DNA from: Phycisphaerae bacterium
GTDB lineage: Bacteria > Planctomycetota > Phycisphaerae > UBA1845
Direction of reading: 5' to 3'
Length of the DNA: 64,000 nucleotides
Assembly: GCA_963666835.2 (NCBI GenBank)
Contig: CAXXGO010000001.1
Span: 480,001 to 544,000 of the forward strand
Under the pieces are notes generated by a model. It saw nothing but the letters and a program-made list of their open reading frames with translations. It was not told where the DNA came from and did not search any database. Below are positions 1 through 9,983 of the stretch, one piece after another. A program made the position numbers and the translations under genes. How positions within the stretch are numbered: the first letter of the stretch is position 1; the number at the start of each line of letters is the position of its first letter.

Positions 1-1430
1 AGATCCAGGATTGGCTTCGGCGTCTTCTTGACGATCAGATCGGGCCTTTCTTTTGAGGTCGGTCCACCCCTCTTCAGTTGGTCGGTTGGTACATACTCTC
101 CGGGACACTGTGCGAGCACCTGGAGGATCTCCATCTGACGTTTCGTGACTCTGTGCTCTTGTCCGTCGAGCATGATCTTCCTACGCTTGGTGTAGATGAT
201 CATTCGCGGCTTCCTCCACGGAGTAGTTTCTGCAAACCTGTCCTTGGGCGGGCCATGCTCAATCACGACGTTGTCGATTACCGGGCTGGTTCCTGGCAGC
301 ATGTGAGTTCCCGATACGTGGACTTCCTGTTCCTCCAACTGTTGCCAGATCGTGTCGACAACGTCTGCGGGCGTGGGAGAGGCCAATCGGCCCAACACGA
401 TGTTCGCGACCTCGTGCCGGGCCGAATGTCTGAGGCTCGCAGCTAAGTGCCTCAACAGCGACTGGAAGCGATCATCGCTGTGTGCACCGTACCGTTCAGC
501 GGATCCTGCAACCAGTAGTCTGACGAGCTCGTCGAACCTCGCACCCGTTGGAGGCCACGCCACGAGCTCGGCGTGATCGCGCGCCGCCTGCGTGGTTTCG
601 TTGTCCGGGATTCGTTCGATGCGTTGCGCAAGGGGGATTCTGCAGTTTGCGAGGTAGCTGAGTACTGCCCTACGTACGCGCGTTGCGACGTGCCTTTCGT
701 CTGGCGGGTAGAATCCGTTGAGACTGCGGGCGTTGCTATCGATCTCCGTCCAATAGGTCTTGTATGCGGTCAAACCGCGTCGCGTGAGGGAGATGAGCCC
801 GGCGCCTTCCAGGGGGCCGGTGCTTGCTATGGAAATATGGCCCAGCAGGGCCAACAACTGCATCCCCACCGAGAAGACAGCGGGTTCTTCACCACCGTTG
901 CTCCACGCGTACATGTTGAGAAGCTCTCGTCGCGTGACCTCGCCGTGGATGTTGACGCGCGGATCGAATGCGGGTTGGACAGAAGGTGCTTGTGGGTTGG
1001 CTCCCTTGGACATGGCCAACGCGTCGCCCAGGGCCGCGAGGATCGAGGGAGCGCAGTCCACCGCGAGTGAGCTGCCCGAGGCTGCCAGAGCTGGCGGACG
1101 TCGCGACGTTTGGCTCAGGCCTGGACAGAGAGCGTTCCCGATCCGATCTTGGCCATAGGCATACCAGCCATCCGGCGTTACCGTGAGTTGGTCTTTGCGA
1201 CGCTCCAACCACCCCTGATCGACTGCATGTCGCAGCGCCTCTTCCATTAGCGGAGGTTCGATTTGCGGGTTGCCACGTCTTCTGGCCTCGGCCTCGCAAT
1301 CCTCGAAGATTTCTTTCCGACGGACCGCGTCAGAATCCGCGTTACTGCGCAACTTGGCCACAGTCATGTGAACGATCAGTCTGGTGAGACCATTGCAGCA
1401 GCAGTAGTGATGCGTTGGAACGCGGTCCAT
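1..1430 (-). CDS. Hypothetical protein with probable C-terminal winged-helix (OmpR/Trans_reg_C-like) DNA-binding domain; runs off the left edge
   Basis: Manually translated open frame from ATG at 1430 (preceded by GAGGGGGAG) to the window edge with no stop, so it is absent from the ORF track. The C-terminal part reads RKIMLDGQEHRVTKRQMEILQVLAQCPGEYVPTDQL. Confidence 0.6.
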   Translation of the reverse strand, partial: MDRVPTHHYCCCNGLTRLIVHMTVAKLRSNADSDAVRRKEIFEDCEAEARRRGNPQIEPPLMEEALRHAVDQGWLERRKDQLTVTPDGWYAYGQDRIGNALCPGLSQTSRRPPALAASGSSLAVDCAPSILAALGDALAMSKGANPQAPSVQPAFDPRVNIHGEVTRRELLNMYAWSNGGEEPAVFSVGMQLLALLGHISIASTGPLEGAGLISLTRRGLTAYKTYWTEIDSNARSLNGFYPPDERHVATRVRRAVLSYLANCRIPLAQRIERIPDNETTQAARDHAELVAWPPTGARFDELVRLLVAGSAERYGAHSDDRFQSLLRHLAASLRHSARHEVANIVLGRLASPTPADVVDTIWQQLEEQEVHVSGTHMLPGTSPVIDNVVIEHGPPKDRFAETTPWRKPRMIIYTKRRKIMLDGQEHRVTKRQMEILQVLAQCPGEYVPTDQLKRGGPTSKERPDLIVKKTPKPILD

Positions 1431-1816
1431 TGATAGTCTCCCCTCGGCCACGCCGCGGCGGGAACACCGGGGCGACTCGTCGAAGTGACGAATAGGCTCG
1501 GCTGTCGCAACACGGCAGCAGGTGTTGCTGCTTCTTGTCGATTATCGCGCCGCCTTCAAAGGCGAGCGGATACTCCGTTAGCCGTATGTTAGCGCGGTCA
1601 CCAGGTCCGAGGATGCTACCGGTTTCTCACAGTGTTGCCAAGCGTCGCACCGCGAAGCATTAGCACGTTTGGCCCATTGCGGGGAGGTGATTCGTGTGTT
1701 AAGTGTGAACTCGTCTGCAGCCTACGGGGTCTTGCGACGCGGTCGTGCGCGAGCAGCCGCGTCCCGAGCGTGGATTCGATTGTCGCGCCGCATCGGTGCG
1801 AGTCGGAGGAGCCATC

Positions 1817-2182
1817 ATGAACAAACCACCGTCACCAAACGGTTCTAACGGTCAGCGGGATGCGGGAGGGCGATTTGTCAAGGGGAACAAGGGCGGGCCC
1901 GGGAATCCGCACGGTCAGCAGGTCGGGAGGATCCGGGCGATGATCCTCGAGGCCGTGACGGACGAGGACTACCGTGCGATCGTCTCGACCCTCGTCGACA
2001 AAGCCCGCGACGGCGACCTGGCCGCGATCAAGTTGCTGTTCGACCGCACCCTCGGCCACACGCCTGATCCGCAGTTGCTCGACTTGCAGGATTTCAAGGA
2101 ACGTGAGCTGGCTATTGCCAAGCAACGAGCCGAGGCGGCCATGGTAATGGCGGACGCGGCCGAGGAGAGGGCGTCATTCTAA
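1817..2182 (+). CDS. Small mobile-element/phage-type protein (DUF5681/terminase small subunit-like)
   Basis: GGAGGA RBS; motif RDAGGRFVKGNKGGPGNP ... ARDGDLAAIKLLFDRTLG. Confidence 0.55.
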   Translation: MNKPPSPNGSNGQRDAGGRFVKGNKGGPGNPHGQQVGRIRAMILEAVTDEDYRAIVSTLVDKARDGDLAAIKLLFDRTLGHTPDPQLLDLQDFKERELAIAKQRAEAAMVMADAAEERASF

Positions 2183-2261
2183 GACTGGAAGATCTTGACA
2201 ATTGTCGCACCGTACGGTCGGACAATGGTCAAGGTCAAGGCAGATAGCAGGAGCGACACTC

Positions 2262-2717
2262 ATGGAGAGTCAATTAGAGAACGCTGCGGCGCATATTACG
2301 AGGGAGATCCTCTCTGTCGCTCGCGATGCCGCTAGGGCCATTCTCGCCGAGGCGGACGATCACCCGACGATCATGGTGACTCCTGAGCTGATAAGAGCGC
2401 GGGATGAAGCCCTGATGTCGCTCATGGCCTCGGACAATCCGGGGATCGTGAGTAGGGGGCTGCGGGAGATGGCCTTTCTGAACCGGGAACGTGTGCACAT
2501 CCAGAAGATGGAATTGGACTTTGCCATAACGGCTACCAAGCTTGTCGTCGACCGCCTAGGCGTTCAATTGCTCAGGCAAGCCCAGGCGTCGCCACAACCG
2601 GCACGACTGGCCGCGGCGAAAAGCGACGAAGCCACCGCAGATGATGCGAAGATACTGCCCCTGCGGGATACCGGCGAAACCGCGCGAGCCGGATCCAATG
2701 CCAAGGCCGTGGCGTAG
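2262..2717 (+). CDS. Hypothetical protein
   Basis: AGGAG RBS before ATG 2262; helical-looking 151-aa ORF co-oriented with the previous gene. Confidence 0.5.
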   Translation: MESQLENAAAHITREILSVARDAARAILAEADDHPTIMVTPELIRARDEALMSLMASDNPGIVSRGLREMAFLNRERVHIQKMELDFAITATKLVVDRLGVQLLRQAQASPQPARLAAAKSDEATADDAKILPLRDTGETARAGSNAKAVA

Positions 2718-3153
2718 GACGGCAAGAAGCCGCGTAAACGGGTGGGCAAGGAGGCTGTTAAAGAAGGGGGCTGACGCCGAGCAGATTCCCGCTCACGGCT
2801 CCAACAGACGCTTTCGGCGAGTGCCCTGTACCCTTTTTCAATGCGTCTCGCGGCTGCCCGCTTGGCGATCCGTCATCAGCCGATCCGTCCAAAGGTGGGC
2901 CGGCAACAGCCAACGGCCCCCTGAGCATAACCATAGCAGGCCGTCACGAACGTCAAAGCCGAGTATCACGGCCTCGCGGGAATCGGAGGCCCGCCGCGTT
3001 GCGAAAGTCGCAGGACGGCCAATCTGATGGGCCCGGTGGGGGCACGCGCGGCGAGCTGGTCTTCCCAGGTCCACCCTCGCAGCCGTTGGACCCCCTCATG
3101 GCCGGTCGGTGTTTGAGCCGCCGCCACACGGCAGGAAAAACGGAATTCCGCTG

Positions 3154-3201
3154 AAGTAGTACTGTTTTCACTTGATGTCTTCGCCTGGCGTCCGGTATTA
3201 T
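3154..3201 (+). promoter_or_regulatory. Putative sigma70-type promoter module, copy 1 of 3
   Basis: AAGTAGTACTGTTTTCAC-TTGATG-18 bp-TATTAT; homologous copies at ~5500-5547 and ~14497-14544. Confidence 0.55.
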
Positions 3202-3283
3202 GAGGGCTTGCTCATCGCGCAGCCCCGGTCGGAGCTCTTCCGCCCTGGCGGCCGCGCGGGTCTCATCTTCCGGAGGATATGGT

Positions 3284-4390
3284 ATGTCGCGTCTCTGTGT
3301 GCTGTTCGCGTTATTGCTGGCCGCAGTTTGCGCGTCAGTGGGTCAGGCCGAGGTCGTTATCGAAACGGTGACCGTGGGCAATGCAGGGAACACCGGAGAA
3401 TTGTCCGGTGAAGGGGCCGGCGGTTACGGCCCGGACCGCATCTGCGGAGCGGTGGATTACGTCTACAGTATTGGCCAGTACGAGATCACGGCCGGGCAAT
3501 ACGTCGAGTTTCTCAACTCGGTGGACTCGGCAGGATCGAATCCATACGGGGTCTACAACGGCTCCATGGATACCGATCAGTTCGGCTGCCAGATAACATG
3601 GAACGCGGGAAGTTCGACCTACGACTTCAGCGGGCGTTCGAGCGGGACGGAAGCTGACTGGGTCGACCGCCCGGTGAACTACGTTTCCTGGGGCGATGCG
3701 GCGCGTTTCGCCAACTGGCTGCACAACGGCCAACCGACGGGGCAGCTAACCGGGGACCCGGCGCAGGATGCGGGCCTGACTGAGGACGGATCGTACTTCC
3801 TGAATGGAGCAACAACGGATGGCGCACTCATCGCGATCGTCCGCGAGCCCGATGCCACGTGGGTAATCCCGTCGGAGGACGAGTGGTACAAGGCGGCGTA
3901 TCACTACAACGACGGCGTCACGGGGAACTACTGGGATTACCCAACGGAATCGAACACGGCCCCGACTTCCGAGGCGCCGGCGGGCACCGACATGACGAAC
4001 GGCTCGGCGAACTACTATGACGGCGGTTATGTGATAGGCAGCCCGTACTACCGGACCGAGGTTGGCGCGTACGACGCCAAGCCGTCGGATAGCCCGTACG
4101 CCACGTTCGACCAGGGCGGGAACGTCTTTGAGTGGAATGAAGCGGTAATTTACGGTTCGTCTCGCGGCCTGCGTGGCGGGGCGTTCTGCTACGTCGGCCT
4201 GCACGCGGCCGGCCGCAGCGTCGACTACCCGACGAGCGAGGAGTACTACATCGGGTTCCGTGTCGCCGAAGTGTCTGAGCTAGGTCCCGACATCCCGGCT
4301 GTTTCGGAGTGGGGTGTTGTCACGATGGCCTTACTCGTGCTGACGGCTGGGACGCTGGTATGGACGAGGCGTGGTGCGGCGATAGCGTAG
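3284..4390 (+). CDS. Secreted FGE-sulfatase (SUMF1/CLec-fold) domain protein with C-terminal IPTL-CTERM sorting signal; putative DGR target
   Basis: GGAGG RBS; signal peptide; PSEDEWYKAA, DQGGNVFEW, RGG and IGFRV motifs; tail IPAVSEWGVVTMALLVLTAGTLVWTRR. Confidence 0.85.
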   Translation: MSRLCVLFALLLAAVCASVGQAEVVIETVTVGNAGNTGELSGEGAGGYGPDRICGAVDYVYSIGQYEITAGQYVEFLNSVDSAGSNPYGVYNGSMDTDQFGCQITWNAGSSTYDFSGRSSGTEADWVDRPVNYVSWGDAARFANWLHNGQPTGQLTGDPAQDAGLTEDGSYFLNGATTDGALIAIVREPDATWVIPSEDEWYKAAYHYNDGVTGNYWDYPTESNTAPTSEAPAGTDMTNGSANYYDGGYVIGSPYYRTEVGAYDAKPSDSPYATFDQGGNVFEWNEAVIYGSSRGLRGGAFCYVGLHAAGRSVDYPTSEEYYIGFRVAEVSELGPDIPAVSEWGVVTMALLVLTAGTLVWTRRGAAIA

Positions 4391-4500
4391 CCGGGCAAGG
4401 GGAGGTGGGAGGGTTAAGCTCTGTTCTTTCTCCCTCTTACCCTTTTCCATCCGAGCGCAGCGAGGATCGAAGTTTTTTGAGAAGCGAGAATCGCGGTAGG

Positions 4501-5271
4501 GGACGAGAGGGCCAGCCACCGGTCGTCCTGGTGAAGTGGTATGACACGACGCGGTGGCTCCTGGAGCGAATCGACAGCTTCCCGAAGAGTCAGCGGTTCA
4601 TCTTCGGGCAGCGGCTCGCGGACCACGCGATCGACGTTCTGGAACTGCTCGTTGAAGCAAGCTACACCTCGGACAAGCTGGAGTTGCTCGCCCGAGCCAA
4701 TCGTGAGATCGAGGTCCTGCGCTGGCTGGTTCGTCTGGCGAAAGACCGGAAACTGTTCACCCAGAAGCAGTACCTGTACAGTTGCACGGCCTTTGCCGAG
4801 ACCGGTCGGATGGTGGGTGGCTGGCTGAAACACGCGGCGGGGAACTTCATCTCCCGCATTGCGGACGAGCCGGTCTACCGCATCTGGCCGGAGGCGGTGG
4901 TCCACGTGGGCGACTGCCCAATCGTACCGGTTGCCGAGTACAGCCTTACACCCACGATGAACGGGGTCAGTTTCTCCGACTCGCTAGCGGTGAATACGAT
5001 TGCGCAGCCGTTCCCGAAGTACTGGGCAGACGTTGTCGGCGACTTCGTCGAGGGTGCGTGGACTGGGCCGCAGGGGACGGTCAATATGAGTGATATCATG
5101 GCCGTGCTTCAGGGGTTCTCGTCTACGCCGAGTGCACCGCCGTTGACCTGGTGCGATCTCGACGGACAATCGCCGAACGCGATCGTGAACATGACCGATG
5201 TCCAGCAAGCCGTGGCGGGGTCCAAGGGCGAGCCGTACCCGTTCAGCGATCAGGAGCTTTGCCTGTTCTGA
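4501..5271 (+). pseudogene. avd: DGR accessory protein Avd (four-helix bundle, ~4501-4842) fused in frame to the C-terminal dockerin-like tail of a surface protein
   Basis: KWYD..WLL.RIDSFPKSQRFIFGQRL ... LRWLVRLAKD ... ETGRMVGGWLK is the bAvd pattern. From ~4843 the frame matches the tails of the 5630, 9984 and 29811 proteins. No clear ATG start near the Avd N-terminus. Confidence 0.8.
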
Positions 5272-5499
5272 GACGCCGAAAGAGCCTATACCGACCGTCA
5301 GTACGTCAGAACTTGGTAGGCCGGCCTGATGGGGCATGGATGGTCCGCCGCGTCGACGAAGTCGCAGGATCGCCAATCTTACGGGCCTGAGGCGGGGTAT
5401 GCGCAGGTAGCTGGCCCGCCCACGCCCCCCGTAAGCCGCCAGAGCCCCTCATGGCCGGTCGGTCCCTGGCCCCACGCCAGAACGAACCGAATTCCGCTA

Positions 5500-5547
5500 A
5501 AGTGGTACTGTTTTCACTTGGCGTCTTCAGCCAGCGTCCGGTAGTAT
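5500..5547 (+). promoter_or_regulatory. Putative promoter module, copy 2 of 3
   Basis: AAGTGGTACTGTTTTCAC-TTGGCG-18 bp-TAGTAT. Confidence 0.5.
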
Positions 5548-5629
5548 GAGGGCTTGCTCATCGCGCAGCCCCGGTCGGAGCTCTTCCGCCCTGGCGGCCG
5601 CGCGGGTCTCATCTTCCGGAGGATATGGT

Positions 5630-8600
5630 ATGTCGCGTCTCTGTGTGCTGTTCGCGTTATTGCTGGCCGCAGTTTGCGCGTCAGTGGGTCAGGCCGAGGT
5701 CGTTATCGAAACGGTGACCGTGGGCAATGCAGGGAACACCGGAGAATTGTCCGGTGAAGGGGCCGGCGGTTACGGCCCGGACCGCATCTGCGGAGCGGTG
5801 GATTACGTCTACAGTATCGGCCAGTACGAGATCACAGCCGGGCAATACGTCGAGTTTCTCAACTCGGTGGACCCGGCAGGATCGAATCCATACGGGGTCT
5901 ACAACGGCTCCATGGATACCGATCAGTTCGGCTGCCAGATAACATGGAACGCGGGAAGTTCGACCTACGACTTCAGCGGGCGTTCGAGCGGGACGGAAGC
6001 TGACTGGGTCGACCGCCCGGTGAACTACGTTTCGTGGGGCGATGCCGCTCGGTTCGCCAACTGGCTGCACAACGGCCAACCGACGGGCCAGCTAACCGGG
6101 GACCCGGCCCAGGACGCAGGCCTGACCGAGGACGGGTCGTACTTCCTCGACGGTGCGACGAGCGACCCCGGGCTGATGGCTGTCGTGCGTGAGGCGGACG
6201 CGACGTGGGTGATTCCGTCGGAGGACGAGTGGTACAAGGCGGCGTATCACTACAACGACGGCGTGACGGGGAGCTACTGGGATTACCCAACGGAATCGAA
6301 CACGGCCCCGACTCGCGAGGCGCCGCCGGGCACGGACATGACAAACGGCTCGGCGAACTACTATGGCAGCAACTGGGCAATAGGCGCTCCGTACTACCGT
6401 ACCGAGGTGGGCGCATATGACGCCAAGCCGTCGGACAGCCCGTACGCGACCTTCGACCAGGGTGGGAACGTCTGGGAGTGGAATGAAGCTGTGATTTCCG
6501 GTTCGTCTCGCGGTCTGCGTGGCGGGTCGTTCTACTACGCCGGCGGCGTCTGCCTGCATGCGGAGTTCCGCAGCTGCGACGGCGAACCGTCGAACGAGGA
6601 CCTGAGCAGCGGGTTCCGTGTCGCGAGAGTCACCCCCACCGTCAGCAACGTCACAGCCAGCCAAAGGACTGACTCCATGCTCGTGGACATCGGCTACGAC
6701 CTGGTTGATGCCGACGGTGACCCGTACGTGGTATCGGTGCTCGTCAGCGACGACGGGGGAAGCACGTGGGATGTTCCAGCCACGTCGTTCACGGGCGATA
6801 TCGGGGTGGGGATCACTCCCGGAATGGGCAAGGCGATCGTGTGGGATTGGGGGGCGGACCTGCCGGGAGCGTTCGGCACGGACTATGTGGTCCGGGTCTG
6901 CGCCGATGACGAGATGGTCCTTGTCCCCGGGGGTGAGTTTGAGATGGGCGATCATCACGATGGGACGTCTGACGCGCTTCCTGTCCACGCAGTCTACGTT
7001 GATTCGTTCTACATGGGCGTGTACGAGGTGACAAACGCCCAGTACGCCGCGGGTCTGAACTGGGCGCTTGCCCATAACCCACCGCTTATCGACGACCCAT
7101 CGATCCACGGGGGTGTGGTGCAGGACACCACAACCGGCACTGTCTACTGCGATACTAACACCAGCTGGTCGTATAGCCGGATCACCTGGGACGGGAGCAA
7201 TTTCGCAGTCACGGTGGGCAAGGAGGACCATCCGATGGTGACGATGAGCTGGTACGGCTCGGTGGCGTATGCAAACTGGCGCAGCGCGATGGATGGGCTA
7301 ACTCCTACCTACGACCTGTCTACGTGGGAATGCGACTTCGCTGCGACCGGGTATCGCTTGCCTACGGAGGCCGAGTGGGAGTACGCGGCGCGTGGGGGCG
7401 AATACACACCGTACTACCGGTATCCCTGGGGCGATACGCTCGACGGCTCAAAGGCCAACTATTGGCAGTCCGATGACCCGTACGAAAGCGGTGACTACCC
7501 GCGGACGACGCCGGTGGGTTACTACGACGGCGCGCAAACGCCCCCGGGCGCAGATATGGCCAACGGGTACGGGCTGTACGATATGGCGGGCAATGTATGG
7601 GAGTGGTGCAACGATTGGTACGGGGCCTACGCTGACTGTGATCCAGCGCCATGCGATAACCCACGCGGACCGGCAAGCGGAGGGTCTCGGGTCGTCCGGG
7701 GCGGTTCGTGGGGCATTGGCGGCGTTAATTACTTGCGTTGTGCGGACCGCAACGACGCCAGCCCCGTCGAACGGAGCAGCGCAACCGGGGTCCGGTTGCT
7801 CCTGGACTCAGGCAGTTTCGTTTTCGTTGTCTGCAGTGATTCTCTGACGTTCACGCTCGACTCGAGGGACTGCAACGACAACGGAATCCCAGACTCTCAG
7901 GATATAGCGGGGGGCACGAGCCAGGATTGTGACGGCGGCGGCGTGCCCGACGAGTGTGAGGCGGGGTACGGCTCCTTCGAGTGGGTCGGGCTCGATGAGG
8001 GGATGTTTGAGGATCCGGAGAACTGGGAACCGGCCGGGGTGCCCGGGGTCGGCGGCGAGGCGGTGCTGTCTAACGATACAGAGGTGGACAACCGGAGCAT
8101 TCTGGGCGGATTCGACTCGCGGGAGATCTGCACGCTGTCGATCGGGGCCACGAGCACCGGCCGGCAAGTCCTTCGGATTGAGGACCCCGCAAAACTCGTC
8201 GTGCACGACGCGACCACCATCTCCACCGGCGGCGAGATCGAGCTGCAAGACGGTGTACTCGAAAGCGAGACCGTGACCAATGCGGGCGGCGGCATTTCGG
8301 GATCCGGCGAGGTGTCCGCCGACTTCGTCAACCAGGGCGAAATCACCGGCGCGGCCGGGGGGATGCTGCTGTTCTCCGGGAGCACTTTCGAGAACCAGGC
8401 ATCCGGTCTGATACGTGCGCCGTTCCGGGCGTTTGTGTACGTGTCATCAGCGGGGGTGACGCAGGGCGGTCAGTTGGAGATTGATACGCAGGCCGGGGTG
8501 CTGTTCGACGCCGCGCTAACCAACTTGGCCGGCGGGGCCATCACGATCCTCGGAGGCTCCCTCGGGGCCCCCAGCCTGACCAACGACGCGTCCGGGCTGA

Positions 8601-9871
8601 TCTACGGGTTCGGCACGGTGGACTCCGACGCGACGAACGACGGCGAGATGACCTTCGTGGCGGATACGGAGATTGTCGGCGACCTGACCAACAACGGCCT
8701 CGTGACGGTCCAGAGCGGGCTCCTGACGATTCTCGGCTCGCTGACCGGCTCGGGGACCATCGTGGGTGATTTCTTCGGCCGCAGCGGGAACGACGGCCTC
8801 ACGGTCCTGGGAGACTATCAGGCGGCCGCCTTGGGCTCGCTGCAGGTCGCCAACGGGACGCTAAAGCTGGCGGGCGACTTTGACGTCGCCATCAACGACC
8901 CGGCTCGGTTCGACTTGGCTACCGGCACGCTGCAGCTGGTCGCTTTGCCGGAGGATGATCCGCAGTTGATTGAGGTTCTGGGAGAGGACGTGGGCGCGTG
9001 CGTGGTCCTGCCCGATCCGGCTCTCTTCTCGTTCGGCGGGATCCGCATCGGACCAACGGCCACGACTGTCCAGCTCGTAGACGACCACGACAATGCCCCC
9101 GGTGCCGGGGCCGAGGCGGTGTACGTTGAACAGTTGGTCCTTGAAGAAGACACGACTCTGGATCTGGCCGGGCACCAACTCTACTACGTGACGATGACGC
9201 CCGAGGACCCGTACGGCACGGGCAGCGGGGTGACCGTGGTCGATTCGGTCGGGGGCGGCGCCCTGATCCCTGTTTGGACCGTCGAACCGCCGGCCGCGGA
9301 GGCCATGGCGACTCCGAAGAACCGGTATCTGTCCTTCCAACCGAACAACGCGGGCGAGCCCGTGGCGTTCCACGTGGAGCTGACGGCCAGTGACTACTTC
9401 CCCGGTTCGGTTGGTTTCGACGGCTGGGTCGGCGAGCCGGACTTGGATGATGTATGCCGGTTGGTAGCGGAGGCTTACTACAGCGACGCCTGGCCGGCGT
9501 TAGTGTACGTCGGCGATTGCCACGTGGTGCCGGCCGCGACGTACGAGGTCAGCGCGACCTGTAATGGTGAGACACTCACCAACCCGCTGACGGTGACCAC
9601 GATCCCGCAGCCGGGAGTAAAGTATTGGGCCGACGTTGTGGGCGGTTTCGTCGACGATGCATGGACGGCCCCGAACGGCGTCGTCAACATGAGCGACCTC
9701 CAGGCGATCCTGCAGAGGTTCTCGTCAGCTCCGGGTGCTCCACCGCTGACGTGGTGCGACCTCGACGGCCAGACACCGAACGCGATCGTCAACATGACCG
9801 ACGTGCAGCAAGCCGTGGCCGGGTTCCAGGGCGAGCCGTACCCGTTCAGCGATCCGGGGGGTTGTCCATAG
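5630..9871 (+). CDS. Large secreted protein: two FGE-sulfatase/CLec domains, Ig-like linker, Cys/Asp Ca-binding repeats, beta-helix-like region, C-terminal dockerin-like module
   Basis: N-terminus nearly identical to the 3284 gene; second domain with RLPTEAEWEYAARGG and GLYDMAGNVWEW; DCNDNGIPD repeats; duplicated PNxxVNMxDxQ motif at the end. Confidence 0.85.
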   Translation: MSRLCVLFALLLAAVCASVGQAEVVIETVTVGNAGNTGELSGEGAGGYGPDRICGAVDYVYSIGQYEITAGQYVEFLNSVDPAGSNPYGVYNGSMDTDQFGCQITWNAGSSTYDFSGRSSGTEADWVDRPVNYVSWGDAARFANWLHNGQPTGQLTGDPAQDAGLTEDGSYFLDGATSDPGLMAVVREADATWVIPSEDEWYKAAYHYNDGVTGSYWDYPTESNTAPTREAPPGTDMTNGSANYYGSNWAIGAPYYRTEVGAYDAKPSDSPYATFDQGGNVWEWNEAVISGSSRGLRGGSFYYAGGVCLHAEFRSCDGEPSNEDLSSGFRVARVTPTVSNVTASQRTDSMLVDIGYDLVDADGDPYVVSVLVSDDGGSTWDVPATSFTGDIGVGITPGMGKAIVWDWGADLPGAFGTDYVVRVCADDEMVLVPGGEFEMGDHHDGTSDALPVHAVYVDSFYMGVYEVTNAQYAAGLNWALAHNPPLIDDPSIHGGVVQDTTTGTVYCDTNTSWSYSRITWDGSNFAVTVGKEDHPMVTMSWYGSVAYANWRSAMDGLTPTYDLSTWECDFAATGYRLPTEAEWEYAARGGEYTPYYRYPWGDTLDGSKANYWQSDDPYESGDYPRTTPVGYYDGAQTPPGADMANGYGLYDMAGNVWEWCNDWYGAYADCDPAPCDNPRGPASGGSRVVRGGSWGIGGVNYLRCADRNDASPVERSSATGVRLLLDSGSFVFVVCSDSLTFTLDSRDCNDNGIPDSQDIAGGTSQDCDGGGVPDECEAGYGSFEWVGLDEGMFEDPENWEPAGVPGVGGEAVLSNDTEVDNRSILGGFDSREICTLSIGATSTGRQVLRIEDPAKLVVHDATTISTGGEIELQDGVLESETVTNAGGGISGSGEVSADFVNQGEITGAAGGMLLFSGSTFENQASGLIRAPFRAFVYVSSAGVTQGGQLEIDTQAGVLFDAALTNLAGGAITILGGSLGAPSLTNDASGLIYGFGTVDSDATNDGEMTFVADTEIVGDLTNNGLVTVQSGLLTILGSLTGSGTIVGDFFGRSGNDGLTVLGDYQAAALGSLQVANGTLKLAGDFDVAINDPARFDLATGTLQLVALPEDDPQLIEVLGEDVGACVVLPDPALFSFGGIRIGPTATTVQLVDDHDNAPGAGAEAVYVEQLVLEEDTTLDLAGHQLYYVTMTPEDPYGTGSGVTVVDSVGGGALIPVWTVEPPAAEAMATPKNRYLSFQPNNAGEPVAFHVELTASDYFPGSVGFDGWVGEPDLDDVCRLVAEAYYSDAWPALVYVGDCHVVPAATYEVSATCNGETLTNPLTVTTIPQPGVKYWADVVGGFVDDAWTAPNGVVNMSDLQAILQRFSSAPGAPPLTWCDLDGQTPNAIVNMTDVQQAVAGFQGEPYPFSDPGGCP

Positions 9872-9983
9872 CCGTCTCCAAGTGGAGTGTGGTTGCGATG
9901 GCACTAGTTACCCTTACCGCAGGAACCTTGGTCTTCACGATGCGAAACCGCAGATTGACAGCAATGACCCGGAGGGAGAAACC

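Larger units (their letters stand above)
2988..6625 (+). repeat. Tandem duplication of upstream region plus CLec domain (~2988-4268 vs ~5342-6625)
   Basis: 3200-3690 vs 5546-6036 differ at only four positions that I could see; divergence rises toward the domain C-terminus. Confidence 0.9.

Noticed and set aside
78..1299. Short ORFs listed in the track at the window start
   Set aside because: They are shadows of the long minus-strand frame 1430 to <1.
2751..2849. GAGGCTGTTAAAGAAGGG ... CCCTTTTTCAATGCGTCTC as an IS5/IS1182-like MITE
   Set aside because: The inverted repeats are degenerate and there is no target duplication; plausible relic but not supportable.
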